37,353 nt of DNA from Chthoniobacteraceae bacterium (GCA_040081625.1 JBEBGD010000050.1:1-37353), one strand, 5' to 3'. Shown: positions 7,743-15,152, numbered from the stretch's first letter. The notes: a model not told the origin generated them from the sequence alone. A program made the numbers and translations.

Positions 7743-10238
7743 ATGCCCGAAGACGACCGCAAGACTCTCGAACAACGCCACCAGATGTCCGACATCGAAC
7801 GCCTGCGCCATTCCGCCGCGCACGTGCTCGCGACGGCGATCCTCCGCATCTGGCCGGAGGCGCAGTTTGCGGCGGGGCCGCCGGTGGAGAATGGGTTTTA
7901 CTACGATGTCGATCTGCCGCACCGCATCTCGCCGGAGGATTTCGCGCGGATCGAGGAGGAGATGAAAAAGGAGATCAAGGCGAACAACGTTTTCGAGCGC
8001 ACGGCGGTGTCGCGGGAGGAAGCGATCGCGCTGGCGGAGAGCGGGCGGCTCGGCGGATTGACGGAGCGGCCGGGCAATCCGAGCAAGTTCAAGATCGGCA
8101 ATCTCGCGGACATCCCGGAGGGCGAGGAAATCTCGCTCTTCCGCAATGGCGACTTCCTCGACCTGTGCGCGGGGCCGCACGTGATGCGCACGGGGAATAT
8201 CGGCGCGTTCAAGCTCACGCACGTCGCGAGCGCCTACTACAAGGGCGACGAAAAGAACCCGCAGCTCCAGCGCATCTACGGCACGGCGTTCAAGAACAAG
8301 ACGCAGATGGACGAGTATTTCACGATGCTCGAGGAGGCGAAGAAGCGCGATCACCGCAAGCTCGGGCGCGAGCTGGAGTTGTTCGCCTTCGACGACGATG
8401 TCGGCCCCGGCCTGCCGCTCTGGCTGCCCGCCGGCACGGTCTTGATCGAGGAGCTGGAGACGCTCGCGAAGGAGACGGAGTTCGCCGCCGGCTACGTCCG
8501 CGTCCGCACCCCGCACCTCGCGCGGGAGAATATGTATCTCAAGAGCGGGCATCTGCCGTATTACGCGGAGTCGATGTTCCCGCCGATGATTCTGGAAGGC
8601 GACCGCGCCGGGGACACGGATGCGCCGGGTAGGGTGGGCGTCCCGCCTGCCGATTCGCGCGTCCCGCGCAAATCATCCGCACGTGAAGAAGGCGCGAAAT
8701 ACGAAAAGGAACACCGCCGTTTGCCGCACTTCGAGAAACCGTGGGCGATCTATTTCGTGACGATCAGCACACGCAACCGCCGCGTTCTCTCGCCGGAATC
8801 GCGCACCATCGTCCTCAATGCCCTCCGACATTTCCACGCCCAGCGATACGAACTCTTCGCTGTAGTCGTGATGCCGGATCACGCGCATTTTCTCATCCAG
8901 CCGTGGGTGAAGGAAGCGAACGAAACGGGCGAGAGCGTGTTTTGGTCGCTGGGCGAGTTGATGCACTCGATCAAGGGATTCTCGGCGAAGGAAATCAACA
9001 AGGTGGAGGGGACGAGCGGAGAGGTGTGGGAGCAGGAACGGTTCGATCGTTACGTTCGTGGTGATCGCGATCTGGAGGAGAAGTTTCTCTACATCATCAA
9101 CAACCCGCGCGGCGAAAACCTGATCGGGCCAAGCGAGAGTTATCCCTGGAGTTGGACGCCGGATTTCTACGCGGATGAATCGCGCGAGACGCGCGATTCG
9201 GCAGGCGGGACGCCCACCCTACCCGAGGCACACCCCTCCGCGCATGACACGCCCAATTCTCCCACGACGAAGGGCGACCGCTACTACCTCAAGGCGATGA
9301 ACTGCCCGCATCACCACAAGATCTTCGGCGCAGTCCCGCGCAGCTATCGCGACCTGCCGCTTCGCCTCGCGGAATACGGCACGTGCTACCGCTACGAGCA
9401 GAGCGGCGAGCTTTTCGGCCTCATGCGCGTGCGCTCCATGCAGATGAACGACGCGCACCTTTACTGCACCGAGGCGCAGTTCGAGGACGAGTTCCGCGCC
9501 GTGAACGAGATGTATCTGAAGTATTTCAAAATCTTCGGCATCGACCGCTACCAGATGCGCTTCTCGACGCACGATCCGGCGAAGCTCGGGCAGAAATTCG
9601 TCGATGAACCCGAACTGTGGCTGAAGACCGAGGAGATGGTCCGCGGCGTCCTCCAGCGCTCGGGCATCAACTACGTGGAGGTGCCGAACGAAGCCGCCTT
9701 TTACGGCCCGAAGATCGACGTGCAGGTCTGGAGCGCCATCGGTCGCGAGTTCACCATCGCGACCAACCAGGTCGATTTCGCCGTGCCGCGGAAATTCGGG
9801 CTCGTCTATAAAGACCGCGACAACACCGAGAAGACCCCGCTCTGCATCCACCGCGCGCCCCTCGGCACGCACGAGCGTTTCATCGGCTTCCTCATCGAGC
9901 ACTACGCCGGCAATTTCCCGCTCTGGCTCGCGCCCGAGCAAGTCCGCGTGCTGCCCATCGGCGACGAAGAACCGCTCGTGAACTACTCGCAGGAAATCGT
10001 GCGCGAACTGCGCGCCGCCGGCGTCCGCGCCGAGATGGACGCGGGCACCGACCCGATCAAAGCCAAAATCGCCAACGCCGAGCAGCGCAAAGTCCACACG
10101 ATGCTCGTGATCGGCGGACGCGATCTCGAAGCCGGCGCGGTGAGCGTGCGCGTCCACGGCAAGGGCAACCTCGGCGCGAAACCGCGCGGGGAAGTCGTGG
10201 CCGACCTGCTCGCCGCCATCAAGGGGCGGCGGGCCTGA
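7743..10238 (+). CDS. thrS: Threonine--tRNA ligase (831 aa) carrying a ~225-aa in-frame RAYT insertion
   Basis: RHSAAH, GPPVENGFYYD, DLCAGPH, AYYKGDEKNPQLQRIYG, RDHRKLG, KAMNCPHH, YRYEQSGEL.GLMRVR, AAFYGPKID, IHRAPLGTHERF and EHYAGNFPLWLAPEQV, followed by the anticodon-binding domain. Confidence 0.97.
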   Translation: MPEDDRKTLEQRHQMSDIERLRHSAAHVLATAILRIWPEAQFAAGPPVENGFYYDVDLPHRISPEDFARIEEEMKKEIKANNVFERTAVSREEAIALAESGRLGGLTERPGNPSKFKIGNLADIPEGEEISLFRNGDFLDLCAGPHVMRTGNIGAFKLTHVASAYYKGDEKNPQLQRIYGTAFKNKTQMDEYFTMLEEAKKRDHRKLGRELELFAFDDDVGPGLPLWLPAGTVLIEELETLAKETEFAAGYVRVRTPHLARENMYLKSGHLPYYAESMFPPMILEGDRAGDTDAPGRVGVPPADSRVPRKSSAREEGAKYEKEHRRLPHFEKPWAIYFVTISTRNRRVLSPESRTIVLNALRHFHAQRYELFAVVVMPDHAHFLIQPWVKEANETGESVFWSLGELMHSIKGFSAKEINKVEGTSGEVWEQERFDRYVRGDRDLEEKFLYIINNPRGENLIGPSESYPWSWTPDFYADESRETRDSAGGTPTLPEAHPSAHDTPNSPTTKGDRYYLKAMNCPHHHKIFGAVPRSYRDLPLRLAEYGTCYRYEQSGELFGLMRVRSMQMNDAHLYCTEAQFEDEFRAVNEMYLKYFKIFGIDRYQMRFSTHDPAKLGQKFVDEPELWLKTEEMVRGVLQRSGINYVEVPNEAAFYGPKIDVQVWSAIGREFTIATNQVDFAVPRKFGLVYKDRDNTEKTPLCIHRAPLGTHERFIGFLIEHYAGNFPLWLAPEQVRVLPIGDEEPLVNYSQEIVRELRAAGVRAEMDAGTDPIKAKIANAEQRKVHTMLVIGGRDLEAGAVSVRVHGKGNLGAKPRGEVVADLLAAIKGRRA
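8626..9225 (+). mobile_element. RAYT domain bounded by 55-bp REP-type inverted repeats, inserted in frame within thrS
   Basis: In the thrS frame: RLPHF, IYFVTISTRNR, HUH motif VVMPDHAH, HSIKGFSAKEIN, VWEQERFDRYVR, YIINNP and YPWS. 8626-8680 is the reverse complement of 9171-9225 (51/55 matches). Confidence 0.92.
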
Positions 10239-10451
10239 CCGCTCACGTTCAGGGCACGCGGGTGACGCAGACCATGAAGTAGCGGCCTTCGTAGCCGAAC
10301 CCGGGATCGTGGGCGAGGCGGACGCCGGGCGAAATGCCCTGCAACCGCGAGGCGCGACCGGCGCCGACGCGGTGGCCCTGCGGCGAATGCATGCGGCACG
10401 ACCCCGAAGAGGGGGTTGCCACGGGAGATCCGGTGCGGCCATCTTCGCTCC

Positions 10452-10943
10452 ATGGCAACAAGCGCTGAAATGATCCACCGCACGCCCGGCACCGGGAAAA
10501 CCTACTCCGCCGTCGGCGACAAATACGTTTTCCTCGCGACCGGCGCGCAGACCGCCGGCGCCTATTGCCTCGCCGAGGCCACCGTGCCGCCGGGCGGTGG
10601 GCCGCCGCCGCACTACCACACGCGCGAGGAGGAGTCGTTCTATGTGCTCGAGGGCGAGATCACATTCACCGTCGATGGGAAGACGCTCGCCGGCACGCCG
10701 GGCACGTTCGTGCAGATCCCGCGCGGGACGCCGCACGCATTCAAAAACAACTCCGCTGCGCCGGCACGAATGCTCATCCAGTGCGCGCCGGCGGGATTCG
10801 AGAAGTTCATGGCGGCGTTTGCCACGGAGCTGCCGTCGCCGGACGCGGCGGCGCTCCCGCCTTCCCACGAGGAGATCGAGAAGCTGCTGCGCCTGGCGCC
10901 GGACTTCGGGCTCGTGATGCTCCCGCCGCCGGCGGCGAAATGA
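10452..10943 (+). CDS. Cupin domain protein (quercetin dioxygenase-like)
   Basis: Cupin motifs GGGPPPHYHTREEESFYVLEGEITF and GTFVQIPRGTPHAFKN. Confidence 0.88.
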   Translation: MATSAEMIHRTPGTGKTYSAVGDKYVFLATGAQTAGAYCLAEATVPPGGGPPPHYHTREEESFYVLEGEITFTVDGKTLAGTPGTFVQIPRGTPHAFKNNSAAPARMLIQCAPAGFEKFMAAFATELPSPDAAALPPSHEEIEKLLRLAPDFGLVMLPPPAAK

Positions 10944-10967
10944 ATCCGCACACGCCCGGCGCGCGGC

Positions 10968-11291
10968 TCAGCGGATGCGGAAGTGGCACCAGCCGTAGTC
11001 GAGCAGGCCGGGCAGGCGGCGGATCGGCTCGGCGATGAAATAGACGGTGCTCCGGCGGTCTTCGCCGCGCCGGGCGGAGACGACGTGGCCCTTGAGCAGC
11101 ATCTTGCAGTGGTGATTGGCGGAATCGACGTTGAGCTTCCAGTGGCGGGCGACCTGGGTGGCGGTGAGCGTGCCGCCCTCGGCGAGTTGCTGGGCCATCC
11201 AGACCCGGATGTGGTGGCTCATCGCGAGAAAGAACTCGGTCGGGACTCGGAATTGGTCGTCGTCGGGGAGATTGGGCTCGGGGTCAGGCAT
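10968..11291 (-). CDS. Small winged helix-turn-helix protein (ArsR-like)
   Basis: FLAMSHHIRVWMAQQL..GTLTATQVARHWKLNVDSANHHCKMLLKGHVV...EDRRSTVY follows the ArsR/HTH_20 pattern. Confidence 0.65.
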   Translation of the reverse strand: MPDPEPNLPDDDQFRVPTEFFLAMSHHIRVWMAQQLAEGGTLTATQVARHWKLNVDSANHHCKMLLKGHVVSARRGEDRRSTVYFIAEPIRRLPGLLDYGWCHFRIR

Positions 11292-11348
11292 GGCGTCGGG
11301 GTCGGTTGGCAGGAAGAGGTCGCTCAGCGAGAGAAAGAGGGCGTTTTG

Positions 11349-11558
11349 TGCGGACTTTTATCCGTGCGTAAGGAGCTGAAGGTTTCTTCACACGGACTTT
11401 TCTCGGTGTATCGACTGCTCTTTCCTATTTTGCAATGGATTAATCCGGTGCATATCTACATTCATTGGCGCATGAGCCGACGTTTATCCGTGCGATCAGA
11501 CCTTTTTGTCTCGTTGTGCGGACGTTTTCCGGTGCAAACGGTCCTCTTTCTCCCTCCG
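11349..11558. repeat. Degenerate 42-bp-period array in an AT-richer intergenic region
   Basis: Related 21-mers start at 11349, 11391, 11433, 11475 and 11517 (TGCGGACTTTTATCCGTGCGT, CACGGACTTTTCTCGGTGTAT, CAATGGATTAATCCGGTGCAT, AGCCGACGTTTATCCGTGCGA, TGCGGACGTTTTCCGGTGCAA). Confidence 0.55.
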
Positions 11559-11596
11559 GCTAGCCGCTTGTTGAAAAACTCGATGCCTCGGTGGCT

Positions 11597-11678
11597 GTCC
11601 AAAGATTGCACCGATTTTCACAGAGAACCTCAACGGATTGCCGGGACCAATCTGTGTCCATCCGTGAAATCTGTGGAC
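11597..11678. repeat. Degenerate inverted repeat built of ~9-bp CACAGATT-like units
   Basis: 11597-11624 matches the reverse complement of 11651-11678 at 22 of 28 positions. Confidence 0.6.
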
Positions 11679-11693
11679 GATTCCGAGAGTCTC

Positions 11694-12125
11694 CTAGGGC
11701 TCGCCGACTTTCGCTTCGTGGCCGTCAAGGTTCTTCACCATCACCAGTTCCGTGCCCACCTTCATGCAGCAGTAGTCCACGCAGGTGAAGGCGCGGCGGA
11801 TGAGGTGGATGCCGAGGCCGCCGGGTTTCACGAGTTCGAGGGGACGGCCTTTTAGGCACTCGGGTTCGCATTGCGCGCCGTAGTCGCGCAGGCGGAAGAC
11901 GAGGCTGTCGGGTTCGCGCGCGCAGCTCAGCACCATGAGCTGGTCGGTGCGGTGCTCGTAGGCGTAGCGGATCACGTTTGTGCAGGCTTCGTCGAGGCCG
12001 AGGACGAGCAGGTCCTTCTCCGGCTCGGGCAGCTCGACGCTCTTCAGGAACTGGCGCACGAAGTCGCGCACGAGGCAGAGGTTCCCGGGGTGGCTGGCAA
12101 ATTCGAGTTCACTCTTCATGGTCAT
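11694..12125 (-). CDS. RsbW/SpoIIAB-type anti-sigma factor Ser/Thr kinase (HATPase_c_2)
   Basis: LVLGLDEACTNVIRYAY, FRLRDYG and KPGGLGIHLIRR; ATGA overlap with the phosphatase stop. Confidence 0.88.
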   Translation of the reverse strand: MTMKSELEFASHPGNLCLVRDFVRQFLKSVELPEPEKDLLVLGLDEACTNVIRYAYEHRTDQLMVLSCAREPDSLVFRLRDYGAQCEPECLKGRPLELVKPGGLGIHLIRRAFTCVDYCCMKVGTELVMVKNLDGHEAKVGEP

Positions 12126-13390
12126 CCTACGACGAGCGTGGTGAGGTCGTCGTGCGGGTCGGCATCGCCGCGGTGCTGCTCCTCGCCGAGCAGGAGGGCG
12201 TCCACGATTTCCTGCGGAGAGGCGAAGGCGCGGGCGAGCAGGCGCTCGATGCCGGCGCTCTCGAGTGGCTGGCGCGCGCCGTTGAAGGATTCGCTGAGGC
12301 CGTCGGTGTAGGCGACCAGCCATTCGCCGGGGGCGAGCGTGAGGGTGGCCGAGCGCGGGGCGTGTCCCGGCACGATGCCGAGCGGCGGGCCGCCGGGCAC
12401 GGGGAATTCCTCGACGCGACCGCCGGCGCGGATGACGAGCGGATGGCTGTGCCCGGCGCTGGCGAACTCGACCGTGCGGGAGGCGGAGTCGATGCAACCG
12501 AGGAGGGCGGTGATGAACATTCCGCGGATGGTATGGCCGCAGAGCATTTGATTCCAGCGCGCAAGTGCGTCGGCCGGGGCGATGCGCGGATGGAGGATGA
12601 GCCGCAGCGTGCTGACGGCCTGCGCCATGAGCAGCGCGGCGGGCATCCCCTTCCCCGACACATCGCCGACGACGAAAAAATAGCGGCCGGGGTCCATCTC
12701 GATCACGTCGTAGAAGTCGCCGCCGATCTGGCGGGCGGGCCGGTAGCTGGCGGCGAAGCTGAGGCCGTCGCGCTGCGGGAGCGAGCGCGGGAGGAAGCTG
12801 GTCTGGATGTCGCGCGCGATGCCGAGCTCCTGCTCGATGCGGCGCTGCTCCTGGCGCCGGTCGATGGCGCGCAGCTTGTCGATGGCGGTGGCGGCGAGGT
12901 TTGCGTAGGCCTCGAAGGCGACGAGGTCCACGGTGTCGAAGGCGTCGCGATCGAGCGGATTGAGCACCTGGATGACGCCGATCTCCTTTCCGCTGCGCAG
13001 CAGCGGCGCGCAGAGGATGGAGCGCGTGCGGTAGCCGGTCTGCTTGTCGGCTTCGCGGTAAAAGCGCGGGTCGGCGTAGGCATCGGGCACGAGCTGCGAC
13101 TTGCCGTGCGCGAGCACCCAGCCGGAGACGCCGCGCCCGCGCGGGACGACGAGCCGCTGCGGCGGCGGCCCGCTATCGCCGTCGCGCTGGCTGGCGATGG
13201 CGAGATCGAGATCACCCTCGGCGTTGACGAGGAAGAGCGACGCGGCGTCGGCCTTCATCACGCGGCGCGCGACATCGAGGATGGCGGGGAGCAGCTCGTC
13301 GGATTCGGTGATGCCGTTGATGAGGGCGCTGACTTCGACCAAGCCTTTGTAGAGTTCGAGCTGTTGCTGGAGGCGGGCGGCGTCGGACAT
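12122..13390 (-). CDS. GAF-domain PP2C/SpoIIE (RsbU-type) Ser phosphatase
   Basis: GAF domain (DAYADPRF..DKQTGYRTRSILCAPL..IGVIQVLN) followed by ARDIQTSFLP, IGGDFYD, VGDVSGKGMPAALLM, YTDGLSE and DDLT. Confidence 0.93.
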   Translation of the reverse strand: MSDAARLQQQLELYKGLVEVSALINGITESDELLPAILDVARRVMKADAASLFLVNAEGDLDLAIASQRDGDSGPPPQRLVVPRGRGVSGWVLAHGKSQLVPDAYADPRFYREADKQTGYRTRSILCAPLLRSGKEIGVIQVLNPLDRDAFDTVDLVAFEAYANLAATAIDKLRAIDRRQEQRRIEQELGIARDIQTSFLPRSLPQRDGLSFAASYRPARQIGGDFYDVIEMDPGRYFFVVGDVSGKGMPAALLMAQAVSTLRLILHPRIAPADALARWNQMLCGHTIRGMFITALLGCIDSASRTVEFASAGHSHPLVIRAGGRVEEFPVPGGPPLGIVPGHAPRSATLTLAPGEWLVAYTDGLSESFNGARQPLESAGIERLLARAFASPQEIVDALLLGEEQHRGDADPHDDLTTLVVG

Positions 13391-13399
13391 GGACGCGGC

Positions 13400-13497
13400 G
13401 AACATTGAGCATCGAAGATCGAACGTCGAACATCGAATTGCCGGCGCGGCGCGAACTACTTCGATGTTCGATGTTGGAAGTTCGACGTTCGACGTTC
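13400..13497. repeat. Inverted arrays of GAACRTC heptamers
   Basis: Five GAACATC-like units at 13400-13437 and five GAYGTTC-like units at 13460-13497, separated by a 22-bp GC-rich spacer. Confidence 0.8.
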
Positions 13498-13510
13498 ATC
13501 GTCCGCGGCC

Positions 13511-14512
13511 ATGAAACGCCTCCTCCCGCTTCTCCTCCCCATCCTCGCCATCGCCGCCGATGAAAAACTTCCGCCGTTCCAAATGTCGATCGAGCGGCTC
13601 GACCCCGCGCTCGATGCGCTGATCGCGCCCGGCGCGAAGGTGGAGAAGCTCGCGGAGGGCTTCAACTGGTCGGAGGGGCCGACGTGGTTTCAGGACGGCG
13701 TGGTTTTCTCCGATGTGCCGGAGAACGTGATCCATCGCTGGATGCCGGGCGAGACGGTGGCGACGATTTTCATGAAACCGAGCGGGATGATGACGCCGCG
13801 CGAGGGCTTCAAGGAGAAGGGATCGAACGGGCTCGCGGTCGATGCGCAGGGCCGGCTGCTGATCTGCCAGCACGGCGAGCGGCGCGTGGCGCGCGTCGAT
13901 GGGCCGGGCAAGCTGACCGCGGTGGCCGACCGGTTCGATGGCAAGCGCTTCAACAGCCCGAACGATCTGGCGATCCGCAAAAACGGCGACGTATATTTCA
14001 CCGATCCGCCCTACGGCCTCGACGGGCTGAACCAATCGCCGATCAAGGAACTCGCATGGAATGGCGTGTATCGCGTGGACACGGCGGGGAAGGTGACGCT
14101 GCTCGAGAAGGGGATCACTTTCCCGAACGGCATCGCGTTTTCACCCGATGAAAAGACGCTCTACGTGGCGGTGAGCGATCCGAAGCAGACGGTGCTCGAG
14201 GCGTTCGACGTGAAGGAGGACGGCACGCTCGCGAATCGGCGCGTGTTCTTCGACGCGGAGCCGCTGCGCAAGAGCGGACGCAAGGGCGCGTGCGACGGAT
14301 TGAAGGTCGATGTGAAAGGCAACGTGTGGGCGACCGGGCCGGGCGGCGTGCTGATCCTCTCGCCCGCGGGCAAGCATCTCGGCACCGTGCTGACCAATAC
14401 GAACACGGGCAACTGCTGCTTCGGCGGCGCGGACGGCTCGGAGCTTTACGTGACCGCGGACATGTATTTCGTCCGGGTCAAAACCACGACCAAGGGCGCC
14501 ACCAGGCCTTAG
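13511..14512 (+). CDS. SMP-30/gluconolactonase/LRE family protein, exported
   Basis: Signal peptide; GFNWSEGPTW, GSNGL, RFNSPNDL, YFTDPPYG, PNGIAFSPD and CDGLKVD. Confidence 0.93.
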   Translation: MKRLLPLLLPILAIAADEKLPPFQMSIERLDPALDALIAPGAKVEKLAEGFNWSEGPTWFQDGVVFSDVPENVIHRWMPGETVATIFMKPSGMMTPREGFKEKGSNGLAVDAQGRLLICQHGERRVARVDGPGKLTAVADRFDGKRFNSPNDLAIRKNGDVYFTDPPYGLDGLNQSPIKELAWNGVYRVDTAGKVTLLEKGITFPNGIAFSPDEKTLYVAVSDPKQTVLEAFDVKEDGTLANRRVFFDAEPLRKSGRKGACDGLKVDVKGNVWATGPGGVLILSPAGKHLGTVLTNTNTGNCCFGGADGSELYVTADMYFVRVKTTTKGATRP

Positions 14513-15098
14513 CTTTCGCGGGCTTTTCGGTGTCGGCGGCGGGAGCAGCAGGTGCCGGCGTGGCGGCGCTGCGTTTCGGCTTCGGTGCGGGCGCGGGCGC
14601 GGGGCTCGGCGCTTCCGGCGCGGGCTTGCGCCATGTCCACGGACGCCACCACGAGCGGGTTCTCGCGGGCTTCGCGGGCGCGGCTGCGGCTGGTGCCGGC
14701 GCTGTGGCGCCCGGCTTGGCAGGCGGCGTGGGTTGTTCGTTCCAGCGCAGAGCTTCGATGTTGAGCGTCGATGAGGTCTTGTCGCCGAAGAGGGACAGGA
14801 AACCGCCGGTGACGATGGTCTGGCTACTGCCGCCGGTGACGACGTAGGCGTTGCCACCGAGTTTGCCGGTGCGCTTGCGGGCGAGCGCGGGGAGGTCCGC
14901 GGCGAATGGGCTTCGCGTGCGCATGTCGATGGTCGCGAGTTTCACGTTCGCGCGTTGCCTTGCTTCGTCTTCGCTGACGCGTTCGACCTTCTTCGCGGGC
15001 ACTTTTTGAAAACGCCCGTCGGTGTGCCGGTGGACTTTTGCGCGCGTGCAGGCGGCGAGCAGGAGCAGCGGAAGCAGGGCGATGGGCGCGATTTTCAT
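14478..15098 (-). CDS. Putative lipoprotein with Pro/Ala-rich tail
   Basis: Lipobox LLLLAAC after MKIAPIALLP; PA-rich C-terminus carrying two WWRPW(T/S)W motifs. Confidence 0.65.
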   Translation of the reverse strand: MKIAPIALLPLLLLAACTRAKVHRHTDGRFQKVPAKKVERVSEDEARQRANVKLATIDMRTRSPFAADLPALARKRTGKLGGNAYVVTGGSSQTIVTGGFLSLFGDKTSSTLNIEALRWNEQPTPPAKPGATAPAPAAAAPAKPARTRSWWRPWTWRKPAPEAPSPAPAPAPKPKRSAATPAPAAPAADTEKPAKAKAWWRPWSWF

Positions 15099-15152
15099 CC
15101 GTCCGCGAATACGCGAGCGGCTCCGCGACGCAAGACCAGACTCGCCGCGCGG

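Noticed and set aside
8607..9281. Intein or group I/II intron as the explanation of the thrS insertion
   Set aside because: There are no intein splice-junction residues and no LAGLIDADG, HNH or reverse transcriptase motifs. The insert is almost entirely RAYT coding sequence plus REP arms, leaving no room for a ribozyme core.
10249..10392. Short minus-strand ORF ending GFGYEGRYFMVCVTR, faintly like a RAYT N-terminus
   Set aside because: The similarity covers only a few residues, there is no HUH motif and there is no adjacent REP.
11349..11558. Degenerate mini-CRISPR (21-bp repeat, 21-bp spacer)
   Set aside because: The repeats are too divergent and short, the intervening segments resemble each other, and there are no cas genes.
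11558..11582. GCTTGTTGAAAAACTC resembling an IS terminal inverted repeat
   Set aside because: I found no partner end or associated transposase in the window.
11694..13390. RsbU/RsbW pair without an anti-anti-sigma (STAS) gene as a novel circuit
   Set aside because: Partner-switching genes are often dispersed, so the STAS partner may simply lie outside the window.
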